In this document: one piece after another, positions 1-10,303 of the stretch
Layout of the letters: every line of letters begins with the position of its first letter
Position numbering within the stretch: the stretch's first letter is position 1
From: Lentisphaeria bacterium
GTDB lineage: Bacteria > Verrucomicrobiota > Lentisphaeria > Victivallales > UBA1829
Length of the DNA stretch: 62,294 bases
Assembly: GCA_017455665.1 (NCBI GenBank)
Contig: JAFSZN010000115.1
Location: 1-62,294 of the forward strand
Direction: 5' to 3'
Notes under the pieces: model-generated
Database searches by the model: none
Told to the model about the DNA's origin: nothing
Seen by the model: the letters and a program-made list of their open reading frames with translations, nothing else
Position numbers and translations under genes: made by a program

Positions 1-877
1 AGATCACGATCATTTCCTGTTTCTCGAACTGGTGGATGCGGTACACGCCGCGTTCCTCGATGCCGTGCGCGCCTTTCTCCTTGCGGAAGCAGGGGGAATA
101 GCTTGTGAGGGCGAGCGGGAGGGATTCCTCGGGGAGGATCTGGTCGATGAAACGTCCGATCATGGAGTGTTCGCTGGTACCGATGAGGTAGAGGTCTTCG
201 CCCTCGATCTTGTACATCATGGAATCCATCTCGGCGAAGCTCATGACGCCGGAGACGACGTTGCTGCGGATCATGAAGGGCGGGATGCAGTAGGTGAAGC
301 CGCGGTTGACCATGAAGTCGCGGGCGTAGGAGAGGATGCCGGAATGCAGGCGCGCGACGTCGCCGACGAGGTAGTAGAAGCCGTTTCCGGCGACGCGGCG
401 GGCGCTGTCCAGGTCGATGCCGCAGAAGCTCTCCATGATCTCGGTGTGGTACGGGATCTCGAAGTCGGGCACGACGGGCTCGCCGAAGCGTTCGAGCTCG
501 ACGTTCTCCGTGTCGTTCTTTCCGATGGGCACGGAGGGGTCGATGATGTTCGGGATGACCATCATGGTCTTGAGGAGTTCGTCCTCGACGAGGGTCTCCT
601 CGCAGGAGAGCTTGTCGATGAGTTCGGCGTCGCCCGCCATTTCCTCCTTGATCTTTTCGGCCTCGTCCTTCTTGCCCTGCGCCATGAGCTTGCCGATCTC
701 CTTGGAGACGGTCTTGCGCTTGGCGCGAAGGGATTCGACCTGGGTCTTGATCTCGCGGTTGCGGATGTCGAGGGTCAGGACCTTGTCGACGAGCGGGAGC
801 TTGCCGTCCTGGAATTTCTTGCGGATATTCTCGCGGACCAGTTCCGGATAATCGCGTACGAATTTGATGTCAAGCAT
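1..877 (-). CDS. serS: seryl-tRNA synthetase, N-terminal ~292 aa (gene continues past window start)
   Basis: Reverse translation from the ATG (rc of cat 875-877) reads MLDIKFVRDYPELVRENIRKKFQDG..., then a coiled-coil arm, then ...GTSEHSMIGRF...SPCFRKEKGAHGIEERGVYRIHQFEKQE. These are class II SerRS motifs. It is absent from the ORF track because there is no stop in the window. The listed 32..883 + ORF is its antisense shadow. Confidence 0.9.
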   Translation of the reverse strand, partial: MLDIKFVRDYPELVRENIRKKFQDGKLPLVDKVLTLDIRNREIKTQVESLRAKRKTVSKEIGKLMAQGKKDEAEKIKEEMAGDAELIDKLSCEETLVEDELLKTMMVIPNIIDPSVPIGKNDTENVELERFGEPVVPDFEIPYHTEIMESFCGIDLDSARRVAGNGFYYLVGDVARLHSGILSYARDFMVNRGFTYCIPPFMIRSNVVSGVMSFAEMDSMMYKIEGEDLYLIGTSEHSMIGRFIDQILPEESLPLALTSYSPCFRKEKGAHGIEERGVYRIHQFEKQEMIVI

Positions 878-899
878 GTCTGAAACCTCCTGTGTGAGC

Positions 900-2621
900 T
901 CAGAATTCCGGCATCGGGAAGTCGGCGCAGAAGTCGATCACCTCGGCGCGGATGGCGGCGAGCGCGGCATCGTCGTCCTTCGCGGCGGCGGCGCGGTCGA
1001 TGAAGTCGGCGATGCGGAGCATTTCCGGCTCCTTCATGCCGCGCGTGGTGACGGCGGGCGTGCCGATGCGGATGCCGCTGGTGACGAACGGCTTTTCGGG
1101 ATCGAACGGGATCATGTTCTTGTTGACGGTGATCGCGGCCTTGTCGAGGGCGGTGGCGATCTCCTTGCCCGTGGCGTGGCGCGGACGCAGGTCGACGAGC
1201 ATCAGGTGGTTGTCGGTGCCGCCGGAGACGATGCGGAATCCCTTGTCGGCGAGCGCGGCGGCGAGCGTGGAGGCGTTCTTCACGATCTGCTGCTGGTACG
1301 CCTTGAACTCGGGGGACATCGCTTCCTTGAAGCAGATCGCCTTCGCGGCGATCACGTGCATGAGCGGGCCGCCCTGGAGGCCGGGGAACACCTTGGAATT
1401 GATCGCCTTGAGGTATTTTTCCTTGCAGAGGATGAGGCCGGAACGCGGGCCGCGGAGGGTCTTGTGCGTGGTGGTGGTGACGACGTCGCAGTACGGGACC
1501 GGGTTCTGGTGGAGCCCGGCGGCGACGAGGCCGGCGATGTGCGCCATGTCGACGAAGAGGAAGGCGTTCGCCTTGTCGGCGATCTGGCGCAGGCGGGCGA
1601 AGTCGATGGCGCGCGGATAGGCGGAGGCGCCGGCGAGGATCATGCGCGGCTTGTGCTCCATGGCGAGGCGTTCGATCTCATCGTAGTCGAGGCGCTCGGT
1701 CTCGGCGGAGACGCCGTAGGGCACGATGTGGAAGAGGTTGCCGCTGAAGTTCATCGGATGGCCGTGCGTGAGGTGTCCGCCGTGGTCGAGGCTCATGGAG
1801 AGCACGGTGTCGCCGGGGTTCAGCAGCGCGAAATACACCGCCATGTTCGCCTGGCTGCCCGCGTGGGGCTGCACGTTGGCGGCTTCGGCGCCGAAGAGTT
1901 CCTTCGCGCGGTCGATCGCGAGCTGTTCCACCTCGTCCACGAATTCGCAGCCATTGTAGTAGCGCTTGCGCGGATAGCCTTCGGCGTACTTGTTGGTCAG
2001 GACGGAGCCCTGGGCGGCGCGGATGGCGGTGCTCGTGAAGTTCTCGGAGGCGATCAGCTCGATGCCGTTGAACTGGCGGTCGGCTTCCTTGTCGATCAGG
2101 GAGGCGATCTCCGGGTCCGCGGAACGGATCGCGGCGATGTCGTCGTAGGTGCGCTTTTCGAGGATCTCGAGACGGCGCACGTGGCGGGCGTCGCCGGAGA
2201 ACGGGGTGGAGAGCCATACCTCGATGAGCTCCTTCATCTTCGCCTCGTCCATGTAGTCGGCGGGGAGGACCAGCACGTTCGAGCAGTTGTGGGCGCGGCT
2301 GGCGGCGGCGTTCTCCTTGCAGAACGCGACGACGGCGCGGACGCCGTGGAAACGGTCGGCAGTGATGACCATGCCCGCGCCGCTGCGGCAGAGCAGCACG
2401 CCGAGCTGTATCTCGCCCTTGGAGACGGCTTTCGCCATCGCGGACCCGAAGACGGAGTAGTCGTCGCCGGCGTCGTACACGGTCGGTCCGAAGTCGCGGA
2501 CGGTGAAGCCCTTGCTTTCGAGGAACGGGATGAGTTTCGCTTTCAGTTCGAATCCGCCGTGGTCGGCGGCGATGCCCATGGTCAGCCCGGTGGAGCCGTA
2601 CCAGTCCGTGATCTTGTTCAT
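900..2621 (-). CDS. glyA: fusion protein: RpiB/LacAB-family sugar-phosphate isomerase (N-terminal ~150 aa) joined to serine hydroxymethyltransferase
   Basis: The track ORF is 900..2825. The likely start is Met69 (MNKITDW, rc cat 2619-2621). The N-terminal part has [19 protein letters not shown] and [12 protein letters not shown] (RpiB-like). The remainder has [25 protein letters not shown] and [14 protein letters not shown] (SHMT PLP-lysine region). Confidence 0.85.
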   Translation of the reverse strand: MNKITDWYGSTGLTMGIAADHGGFELKAKLIPFLESKGFTVRDFGPTVYDAGDDYSVFGSAMAKAVSKGEIQLGVLLCRSGAGMVITADRFHGVRAVVAFCKENAAASRAHNCSNVLVLPADYMDEAKMKELIEVWLSTPFSGDARHVRRLEILEKRTYDDIAAIRSADPEIASLIDKEADRQFNGIELIASENFTSTAIRAAQGSVLTNKYAEGYPRKRYYNGCEFVDEVEQLAIDRAKELFGAEAANVQPHAGSQANMAVYFALLNPGDTVLSMSLDHGGHLTHGHPMNFSGNLFHIVPYGVSAETERLDYDEIERLAMEHKPRMILAGASAYPRAIDFARLRQIADKANAFLFVDMAHIAGLVAAGLHQNPVPYCDVVTTTTHKTLRGPRSGLILCKEKYLKAINSKVFPGLQGGPLMHVIAAKAICFKEAMSPEFKAYQQQIVKNASTLAAALADKGFRIVSGGTDNHLMLVDLRPRHATGKEIATALDKAAITVNKNMIPFDPEKPFVTSGIRIGTPAVTTRGMKEPEMLRIADFIDRAAAAKDDDAALAAIRAEVIDFCADFPMPEF

Positions 2622-2865
2622 TTGTGTTTCCTTATTGATTGGCTGTTTGCCGTTGAAAAATGCGTGAGCCGCGCCCGTTTCCGCCTCAGTTATGATTTGC
2701 GGAAAAAAAACATCCATATAATATACAGCATTTTCCGGAAATAACCAGTCGTTTCCCTGCCTTTTTACAGAGTTTTTCGCGCACGGGTGCCCCCGATGCC
2801 CGCGCATGGAACGGTGCACGGGCATCCCGTTTCCGGAAAGAAGGATTTGTTGGCAGGGTGCGTTT

Positions 2866-3612
2866 TTACCGGACCGGATGATCGAAATAAGTGTCCGGGT
2901 ACGGTTCGTTTTCGAGCGTGAAGTGCCACCACTCCTCGTCGAGCGGCTTGAACCCGTGTTTCAGCATGACGGAACGGAGCAGCATGCGGTTACGGAACTG
3001 CGCGGCGGTGATCTTCCGGCTGTCCGGCGTACCGGCGGGGAAACTGCCCGTGAACGTCTTCGTTTCGGGATCGCCGCCCCAGTCGGGATGGCTTTCGCGC
3101 CCGAACCAGTCGAACGTGCCGCCCATGTCGACATCCTTTCCGGTCTTCATGTCGAACAGCGTGAGGTCGACGGTGCTGCCGCGGCTGTGTCCCGACTTCT
3201 CGGAGATGTATCCCTGGGGGAACAGGACGGATTTGTTGAGGTCGGGGTAGAAATACGCCTTCATCCGCGTGTCGTCCGTCCGTTTCGCCCATTCGACGAA
3301 GTGGTCGACGGCGCGCTGGGGGCGGTAGGAATCGTAGACCTTCAGTCGGTACCCCATCGGGAGCAGCTCGTCGCTGACGGCTTTCAGCGCCTTCGCCGCC
3401 TCGACGGTGAGCATGGGCGTCGGGCGTTCGTAGCCGCGGACGCGGTCCCCGATGAAATTGTACGTGGAGTAATAACGGACCTCCAGGATGGCGTCCGGCA
3501 CGGCCTCGGCGAGGTGCACGAATCCGGGCGGCGTCACGTCCGTGCAGTCCGTCCTGCACGCGGAAACGGCGAGCATGACCGCCGTCAGGAAGACGAACAG
3601 GGCGTTTTTCAT
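2866..3612 (-). CDS. D-alanyl-D-alanine dipeptidase (VanX/DdpX, peptidase M15D family), probable lipoprotein
   Basis: Start at [19 protein letters not shown] (signal peptide plus lipobox-like Cys; rc cat 3610-3612). Contains [21 protein letters not shown] and EWWHF, which are typical of VanX-type dipeptidases. Confidence 0.75.
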   Translation of the reverse strand: MKNALFVFLTAVMLAVSACRTDCTDVTPPGFVHLAEAVPDAILEVRYYSTYNFIGDRVRGYERPTPMLTVEAAKALKAVSDELLPMGYRLKVYDSYRPQRAVDHFVEWAKRTDDTRMKAYFYPDLNKSVLFPQGYISEKSGHSRGSTVDLTLFDMKTGKDVDMGGTFDWFGRESHPDWGGDPETKTFTGSFPAGTPDSRKITAAQFRNRMLLRSVMLKHGFKPLDEEWWHFTLENEPYPDTYFDHPVR

Positions 3613-3758
3613 GGTGAACGACGACAACCCCTTTCGGGATGGAACAGGAGCGGAGGATGGGGATTTCATGCGATCGCCTTTCCTGAGGACCGGGCGTTTT
3701 TCTCGTTTGAAAGTTCAAAAAAGGCGGACCCGTTTTCGCGAGCCCGCCCGGATTCAGT

Positions 3759-4730
3759 TCATTTGTAGGGGAAGATCGTTATGATCCTGCCCGACGCGTC
3801 GAAGTTCAGCTCGGTGAACTTCACGTTGCGCCGGTGGTTGATGCCGTTCGACAGCTCGCAGTCGTGGTAGAAGAGGTACCACTTCCCGTGGTATTCCAGA
3901 ATGGAGTGGTGCGTGGTCCAGCCGAGCACGGGCTCGAGGATGCGGCCCTGATACGTGAACGGTCCGTACGGATTGTCCGCCACGGCATAGACGATGTAGT
4001 GCGTGGTGCCGGTGGAGTAGGTGAAATAATACTTGCCGTTGTACTTGAACATCCACGGGTCCTCGAAGTAGCGGCGGTCCTCGTCGCCCGCCTTGAGCGG
4101 CTCGCCGTTTTCGTCCAGGATCACAATATCGCGCGGCGTTTCGGCGAACTCAAGCATGTTGTCCTTCATGAGCGCGATCTTCGGGCAGACGGCATTTTCA
4201 TTCTTTGCGGGCTCCGTGCCGTTCGGATCGAACTTGCCGGTGCGGTATTTCTCGAGCTGACCGCCCCAGAGTCCGCCGAAGCACATGTAAACCTTGCCGT
4301 CCTCGTCCTCGAACGCGCACGGGTCGATGCTGAAACTGCCCTTGATGCATTCCGGTTCGGGCTTGAAGGGGCCTTCCGGCTTGTCGCTGATGGCGATGCC
4401 GAGACGGAAATTGCCGTCCTTGTCGCGGGCGGGGAAAACGAGGTAGTATTTGCCGTTTTTGAACGCGACGTCCGGGGCCCACATCTGAGTGCTGACCCAC
4501 GGCACATCGTATTGCGACAGCGCAAGTCCGCAGTCGACCGGATCGCTGGTCTCGTCGTCCATGCGGAAGACATGGTAATCCTCCATCTGGTACTCGTCGC
4601 CGTTGTCGTTGTCCTCGCCGTCGTGCGGGATGTCGTGCGACGGATAGATGTAGAGCTTGTCGTTGAAGACGTGGGCGGAGGGGTCCGCGGTGAACATGTG
4701 GGTGATGAGCGGCTTTCTCTGCTGGGCCAT
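3759..4730 (-). CDS. glycoside hydrolase family 43 (beta-xylosidase/alpha-L-arabinofuranosidase-like)
   Basis: The N-terminus HMFTADPSAHVFNDKLYIYPSHD, together with WAPDV..KYYLVF and CIDPCAFEDEDGKVYM blades, matches the GH43 five-bladed propeller pattern. Confidence 0.75.
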   Translation of the reverse strand: MAQQRKPLITHMFTADPSAHVFNDKLYIYPSHDIPHDGEDNDNGDEYQMEDYHVFRMDDETSDPVDCGLALSQYDVPWVSTQMWAPDVAFKNGKYYLVFPARDKDGNFRLGIAISDKPEGPFKPEPECIKGSFSIDPCAFEDEDGKVYMCFGGLWGGQLEKYRTGKFDPNGTEPAKNENAVCPKIALMKDNMLEFAETPRDIVILDENGEPLKAGDEDRRYFEDPWMFKYNGKYYFTYSTGTTHYIVYAVADNPYGPFTYQGRILEPVLGWTTHHSILEYHGKWYLFYHDCELSNGINHRRNVKFTELNFDASGRIITIFPYK

Positions 4731-5003
4731 GATGGATCTCCTTGTCGAAGCCCCGCCGGTTGCGGGCGGGGGATCTGTTTGATTTGCTGATGCGTGCGAA
4801 ATGATACAGGTTACTATAGCAGAAATCAGATGAAAATCAAGCGGGAAAACGCGTTATTGTCAGATTGTCGGTTTGTGTTTCGGGTGTTACAGGCGCGGCG
4901 CCGTTCGCAATTCACAGTTTTTTCCAGACTGCGCGGATTGTATTTTCAGGCAAATGGAGCTACATTATATCGTTATTCCGAACAGCAAATACAGGAGATC
5001 CGG

Positions 5004-7475
5004 ATGCAGAACAGAATGGTGGTGCGCGGGGCGCGCGTTCATAACCTGAAAAACATTGACGTCGAGATCCCGCTTTATCAGATCGTCGGGATCGCTGGTG
5101 TGTCCGGGTCCGGCAAATCGTCGCTCGCGCTCGGCGTACTGTACGCGGAAGGTTCGCGCCGTTACCTGGAATCCCTCTCGACCTACACGCGCCGGCGCAT
5201 GACGCAGGCGGCGAAGGCGCAGGTGGACGACGTGCTGTACGTCCCGGCGGCGCTGGCACTGCATCAGCGGCCGGGCGTGCCGGGCATCCGCAGTACGTTC
5301 GGCACCGGGACGGAACTGCTCAACAGCCTGAGATTGATGTTCTCGCGGCTCGCCTGTCACCGCTGTCCGAACGGGCATTACCACCCGCCGACGCTGGCGG
5401 TCGCGGCGGAACAGGAACTGGTCTGCCCAGTATGCGGCGCGAAGTTCTTCCCGCCGGGCGCGGAGGAACTGGCGTTCAACAGCCAGGGCGCATGCCGGAA
5501 GTGCGACGGGACGGGCATCGTGAACGTGGTGGACGAATCCACGCTGGTGCCGGATGAATCGCTGACGATCGACGAGGGGGCGGTGCGGCCGTGGCAGACG
5601 CTCATGTGGTCGCTGATGAAGGACATCGCGCGCGAACTCGGTGTGCGGACCGATGTGCCGTTCCGCGAGCTGACCGAAAAGGAGCGCGACATCGTGTTCC
5701 ACGGTCCCCCGGTCAAACAGCATATGATCTATCAGAACCGCACCAATGGCGCGGCGGGCGAGATGGATTTCACGTATTTCAACGCAACGTACACGGTGGA
5801 AAACGCCCTCGCGAAAGTCAAAGACGAAAACGGCATGAAGCGCGTGGAGAAATTCCTGCGTCAGAGCGTGTGCCCTGAGTGCGGCGGTTCGAGACTTTCG
5901 GACAAGGCGCGCGCGCCGCGTCTGCGCGGCGTCTCGCTCGCCGACGTCTGCCGGATGACGCTGCTTGAACTGATGGACTGGGTGGGCGGTGTGCCGGATT
6001 CCCTGCCGGAGCCGATGCGCCCGATGGCGGAAAGCATCTGCGACTCGTTTTTCTCCGCGGCGAAACGCCTGATCGACCTCGGGCTGGACTACCTCACACT
6101 CGACCGTGCAGCATCCACGCTTTCCACGGGCGAACGCCAGCGCATGCAGCTGGCGCGGGCCGTCCGCAACCGCACGACCGGTGTGCTGTACGTGCTGGAC
6201 GAACCGAGCATCGGGCTGCACCCGGCAAACATCGAGGGATTGAAAGGCGTGATGCGCGACCTCATCGCCGACGGGAACTCCGTGATCCTGGTCGATCACG
6301 ATACGCAGATTCTGTCCGAGGCGGACTATCTCATCGAAATGGGACCTGCCGCCGGCGCGGACGGCGGACGCGTGATCGCCGAGGGACCGATCGAAAACGT
6401 CATGCGGTCGAAGGATTCCAGGATCGCGCCGTTCCTGACCGGACGCGCGAAACTGAATCGGAGAAAGGCCGAAGGCGCGCTCTTTGAAAACGGCCGGATC
6501 CATCTCGAAACAAAGCAGATTCACACGGTAAAACCTTTGAGCGTGGATATTCCGAAAGGTCGGCTCACGGTCGTGACCGGGGTGTCCGGGTCCGGCAAGA
6601 CGACGCTGATCCTGGAAAGCCTGATCCCCGCACTGGAAGCGGCGACGGGGCAGGGGCGGATGCCGGACCACATCGTGACGGTCGACCCGGACGGCATCCG
6701 CCAGGTCAAACTCATCGACGCCACCCCCATCGGCATCAACGTGCGTTCGACCGTGGCGACCTACGCGAACGTCCACGACGAACTGCGGAAGATCTTCGCA
6801 CGGACGACCGATGCGAAGGCGCACGGGTTCAAGGCGGGCGATTTCAGCTACAACACCGGAAAACTCCGCTGCCCGGTCTGCGACGGCACGGGCGAGATCA
6901 ACCTTGACGTACAGTTCCTGCCGGACGTCGATATCCCCTGTCCCTCGTGCCGCGGCTCGCGTTACGGGAAGGAGGCCGGCGCGATCCGTCTCGCCGGGAA
7001 GAACGGCGAATCCCGCACGATGCCGGAACTGATGGATATGGACATCCATTCCGCGCTGGAATTCTGCAAGGGCATGAAGCTGGTCCACGAAAGGCTGAAG
7101 ACGCTCGACGACCTCGGTCTGGGATACCTGACCTTGGGCGAGGAGACGCCGAGTCTGTCCGGCGGCGAGGCGCAGCGGCTGAAACTTTCCGGCGAGATCG
7201 GACGCGGCCAGGCGGATGCCATGTTCGTCTTCGACGAGCCGACGATCGGGCTGCATCCGTTGGACGTGCAGACCTTGCTCGACGTGTTCCAGAAACTGAT
7301 CGACCGGGGGGCGACGGTCGTCGTGATCGAACACGACCTCGACGTGATCCGCAACGCGGATTATGTGATCGATATGGGGCCGGGCGGCGGCGAGGCGGGC
7401 GGACGGATCGTCGCATGCGGCACGCCGGACGAGATCAGGCGGTGCAAAGAAAGTCGGACCGGCGGATTCCTCTGA
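5004..7475 (+). CDS. UvrA-like ABC ATPase (short, class II-type UvrA paralogue)
   Basis: ATG at 5004 is preceded by AGGAG (4993-4997). Reads VRGARVHNLKNIDVEIP...GVSGSGKSSLA, has CxxC zinc modules, LSTGERQRMQLA, a second GVSGSGKTTL and LSGGEAQRLKL. At 823 aa it is shorter than canonical UvrA. Confidence 0.8.
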   Translation: MQNRMVVRGARVHNLKNIDVEIPLYQIVGIAGVSGSGKSSLALGVLYAEGSRRYLESLSTYTRRRMTQAAKAQVDDVLYVPAALALHQRPGVPGIRSTFGTGTELLNSLRLMFSRLACHRCPNGHYHPPTLAVAAEQELVCPVCGAKFFPPGAEELAFNSQGACRKCDGTGIVNVVDESTLVPDESLTIDEGAVRPWQTLMWSLMKDIARELGVRTDVPFRELTEKERDIVFHGPPVKQHMIYQNRTNGAAGEMDFTYFNATYTVENALAKVKDENGMKRVEKFLRQSVCPECGGSRLSDKARAPRLRGVSLADVCRMTLLELMDWVGGVPDSLPEPMRPMAESICDSFFSAAKRLIDLGLDYLTLDRAASTLSTGERQRMQLARAVRNRTTGVLYVLDEPSIGLHPANIEGLKGVMRDLIADGNSVILVDHDTQILSEADYLIEMGPAAGADGGRVIAEGPIENVMRSKDSRIAPFLTGRAKLNRRKAEGALFENGRIHLETKQIHTVKPLSVDIPKGRLTVVTGVSGSGKTTLILESLIPALEAATGQGRMPDHIVTVDPDGIRQVKLIDATPIGINVRSTVATYANVHDELRKIFARTTDAKAHGFKAGDFSYNTGKLRCPVCDGTGEINLDVQFLPDVDIPCPSCRGSRYGKEAGAIRLAGKNGESRTMPELMDMDIHSALEFCKGMKLVHERLKTLDDLGLGYLTLGEETPSLSGGEAQRLKLSGEIGRGQADAMFVFDEPTIGLHPLDVQTLLDVFQKLIDRGATVVVIEHDLDVIRNADYVIDMGPGGGEAGGRIVACGTPDEIRRCKESRTGGFL

Positions 7476-7592
7476 GCTCCGGTTGAGACGGCATCTGGGT
7501 CACAGAATCACCCTGATCCCATATTTGCGAGTTGTTTTCCGGGGAAGGGATGCTATATTAAAAAACAAAAGGGAAACAAAGGAGAACGGAAC

Positions 7593-8372
7593 ATGCAGGA
7601 TGTCGTATTGGGATTGCTGATCCCGTTGGCCGGGACGGTCGGCGGCGCGGGCTGTGTTTTCTTCATGCGGCGGGCGCTGAACGATACGCTGCAACGCGTG
7701 ATGACCGGGTTCGCCTCGGGTGTGATGGTGGCGGCGTCCGTATGGAGCCTGCTGATCCCCGCCATGGAACAATCGGGTAAACTGGGACGGCTCTCGTTTC
7801 TCCCGGCTGTGATCGGATTCCTGCTCGGGATCATGTTCCTGCTGCTTCTGGACCACCTGACGCCTCACCTGCATCGGAACTCCGCCAGTGCCGAGGGACC
7901 GGCGAGCCGCCTTTCGCGCACGGCGAAAATGGTACTGGCCGTGACGCTGCACAATATCCCGGAGGGTATGGCCGTGGGCGTGGTCTATGCGGGGCTTCTC
8001 GCCGGATCGGACGATATCACGGCGGGTGGCGCGCTCGCACTTTCGATCGGCATCGCCATTCAGAATTTCCCTGAAGGCGCGATCATCTCCATGCCGCTTC
8101 ATTTCGAGGGGAAAAACCGGACGAGGTCTTTTCTGTACGGCGGATTGTCCGGCATCGTGGAACCGGTCTTCGGCGCGTTGACCGTGGCCGCCGCGGGCCT
8201 CATCGTCCCGGCCATGCCGTATCTGCTGAGTTTCGCCGCGGGCGCGATGCTTTATGTGGTCGTCGAGGAATTGATCCCGGAGATGTCCGCGGGCAGGCAC
8301 TCCGACTGGGGCGTCGTCTCGTTCGCCGCCGGGTTTTCCCTGATGATGGCGCTTGACGTGGCGCTTGGTTGA
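7593..8372 (+). CDS. ZIP-family divalent metal transporter (ZupT/GufA-like)
   Basis: Multi-pass membrane protein with LHNIPEGMAVG and AIQNFPEGAIISMP signature helices. GGAG-type RBS lies upstream. Confidence 0.85.
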   Translation: MQDVVLGLLIPLAGTVGGAGCVFFMRRALNDTLQRVMTGFASGVMVAASVWSLLIPAMEQSGKLGRLSFLPAVIGFLLGIMFLLLLDHLTPHLHRNSASAEGPASRLSRTAKMVLAVTLHNIPEGMAVGVVYAGLLAGSDDITAGGALALSIGIAIQNFPEGAIISMPLHFEGKNRTRSFLYGGLSGIVEPVFGALTVAAAGLIVPAMPYLLSFAAGAMLYVVVEELIPEMSAGRHSDWGVVSFAAGFSLMMALDVALG

Positions 8373-8478
8373 CGCCGCGAGGGGCCGGATCGCCGCCGCG
8401 GGAAGAGGAACAGGAAAAAACGGGGCGGAAATGCGTGAAAATGGGGAAGAAATGGGGAAGAATGCCCGTTTTTGAGCG

Positions 8479-8510
8479 TAAAAATGGCGGAGAGAGGGGG
8501 ATTCGAACCC
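8479..8510. repeat. att core repeat (integrase-proximal): 6 nt plus the last 26 nt of tRNA-Ser
   Basis: TAAAAATGGCGGAGAGAGGGGGATTCGAACCC is identical to 48550..48581. The flanking bases differ on both sides (8478 g vs 48549 a; 8511 a vs 48582 c). Confidence 0.95.
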
Positions 8511-8557
8511 ACTCTTCTACCTCGAAAATCGGTTTGACACAAATCTTGACACATTTT

Positions 8558-9712
8558 TTAAGCATTTTCCTCTGTTTCTCCCAAGTCAACGTATGGAAGT
8601 TGTTGTATCTTGCGGGCGGATTCAAGGTCATGGGAATACAGGTCTGTCATTCTGTCCGACCTCTGCCCGACGATCCCCTTTGTGGCATGTCTGGGAACGT
8701 CGTGTTCATCACATGAAGTGATTAGGCTGTTTCTGAACGAATTGAAGTTGACGATTCCGCGCGCATCGTCCTTGATTCCGACCGAATCCAGAATGTCCCC
8801 GAACGCACGGCGGAATTTGATATCGTTCGGATTGTACGGCCACGCGCCAAGAATGCGCTCGTTCACGCGCGGGATGGTTTGAAGCTTCTCCATAATCTGC
8901 GGATGAAGCGGAATCTGAACGCCGCGCCCGAAACGCTTTGTTTTGGACGGGACTGTTTCTAAAACATCCCCTGTGATGTTATCCCAACGCGCGACAAAGA
9001 TATCTTTTTCGCGCATCCCTGTATGCCACGCGATAAGAGACGCGATTTTCCACGGCTGCGGCGCGGCCTTGTATATCCGGGTGAATTCCTTTTCCGTGAA
9101 TGGCCGTTGGTGCCGGCTGCATAACCGCCGCTGCGGAATCTTCTCAAACGGACTTTCCGCAAGCCCGGATTCCATAAGCGTCATTTTGTAGACCGTATGC
9201 AGGGCGGATCGCACGTTATTGAAGCGTTTCCCTGATTCTCCGGGACAATGTTCTTCAAGGTAATCAAAAGCGGCCTCTTTCGTCAACTGGTCCATGTATT
9301 TGATTTTGCATTCCCGCACGAACTTCCGCCAAATCTTTTTCTGTGATTCCCCGATTTCACGATGTTTTTCCGCGGCTTCAAGCGCACCAGCGACCAGCAA
9401 GCGGCGTTTCCGATGAACGCGCGCAGGAATCGAGTTGTTCGGAAATTCCGAACTGTTCCCATCTGCATCAAGAAGTTGTTGAACTCGCCGCCGCTGAATC
9501 GTCTCGCGATTCTTCCGCATCAATTCGGCTTCCAGCGCACGAGCGGCTTTCTTATCGGTCGTTCCGAGGTTGATGGTCGTCCGCACGGTACGCGGTCCGT
9601 CTTCCGTCTCGCGTATGGTGTCAAAATATGCGTGCCAGAAGCCCGCTTTACCTCGTTTTCTTAGGGCCATTGTCGTCTTCCACGGTGAGGTTAAAACGGT
9701 ATTTCCCAGCAT
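8558..9712 (-). CDS. int: phage integrase, tyrosine recombinase
   Basis: Catalytic pattern HTGMREKDI (Arg), FNSFRNSLIT (His-x-x-Arg) and DRMTDLYSH (Tyr). Adjacent to the att repeat. An alternative start MALRKRG lies at 9670. Confidence 0.9.
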   Translation of the reverse strand: MLGNTVLTSPWKTTMALRKRGKAGFWHAYFDTIRETEDGPRTVRTTINLGTTDKKAARALEAELMRKNRETIQRRRVQQLLDADGNSSEFPNNSIPARVHRKRRLLVAGALEAAEKHREIGESQKKIWRKFVRECKIKYMDQLTKEAAFDYLEEHCPGESGKRFNNVRSALHTVYKMTLMESGLAESPFEKIPQRRLCSRHQRPFTEKEFTRIYKAAPQPWKIASLIAWHTGMREKDIFVARWDNITGDVLETVPSKTKRFGRGVQIPLHPQIMEKLQTIPRVNERILGAWPYNPNDIKFRRAFGDILDSVGIKDDARGIVNFNSFRNSLITSCDEHDVPRHATKGIVGQRSDRMTDLYSHDLESARKIQQLPYVDLGETEENA

Positions 9713-10298
9713 TTACCCAAATATCTGTTTTATCATCCACAATCTTTCTGTATTGACCTTCAATATCATCCTTGTTATAGAAATATTTTATCCCGTACTT
9801 TTCCCACTCGTCTTTATTCTTTTCTAATCCTTCAAATATGTCCTGCAAATCAAAGTTCTTTAAATTCGTTATAACGTGAAAAACGAAAACTTCTTTCATG
9901 TCTTTATATCCATTCTTCAGCAGAAAATATATAACATACCCGAACAAAGGAATTACAAAGGCAATGCAACATCTGATAGCACAGAAGAGCCTATGTGCAA
10001 AATCAACATTGGAACCATCAAAGCGAACAAAGCATATACAAAAAGTAGCATGGAAAACAAGATACAAAACACATCCAATGGAAAGAATAATTGACAACCT
10101 TTTATACTCTTTTCTATCTTTTCTTTCATATCGGTTAAAAAAAGAATCCAAACGATGAATGCACTCCGTAGAACTTCTAATGCCGAACGGCTTAGTAAAT
10201 CTGCTGATTTCCGCAAGATTCTTATAGCAGTCTAACCAAACATATAAAATCAGCGAAACAGAAACAACAAAAGATAGCCAGCATGTAAACAGAATCAT
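9648..10298 (-). CDS. hypothetical membrane protein (about 3 TM helices plus ~90-aa soluble C-terminus), AT-rich moron
   Basis: 216-aa ORF with hydrophobic segments at roughly residues 2-22, 68-90 and 103-125. Strikingly AT-rich compared with the neighbouring int and repressor. Located between int and the repressor. Confidence 0.6.
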   Translation of the reverse strand: MILFTCWLSFVVSVSLILYVWLDCYKNLAEISRFTKPFGIRSSTECIHRLDSFFNRYERKDRKEYKRLSIILSIGCVLYLVFHATFCICFVRFDGSNVDFAHRLFCAIRCCIAFVIPLFGYVIYFLLKNGYKDMKEVFVFHVITNLKNFDLQDIFEGLEKNKDEWEKYGIKYFYNKDDIEGQYRKIVDDKTDIWVNAGKYRFNLTVEDDNGPKKTR

Positions 10299-10303
10299 AT
10301 CAA

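Noticed and set aside
32-2744. Long plus-strand ORFs 32..883, 417..851, 864..2744 and 952..1620
   Set aside because: These are antisense shadows of serS and the rpiB-glyA gene in GC-rich DNA. Their translations are Ala/Gly/Arg/Val-rich with no motifs, while the opposite strand gives clear enzyme sequences.
4965-7334. 789-aa minus-strand ORF opposite the UvrA-like gene
   Set aside because: An Arg/Ala/His-rich shadow ORF. The plus strand carries unmistakable ABC/UvrA motifs.
8485-8510. tRNA-like sequence next to the integrase
   Set aside because: Only the 3' 26 nt (T-arm 3' half, acceptor, CCA) of tRNA-Ser are present. This is the displaced att copy, not a tRNA gene.
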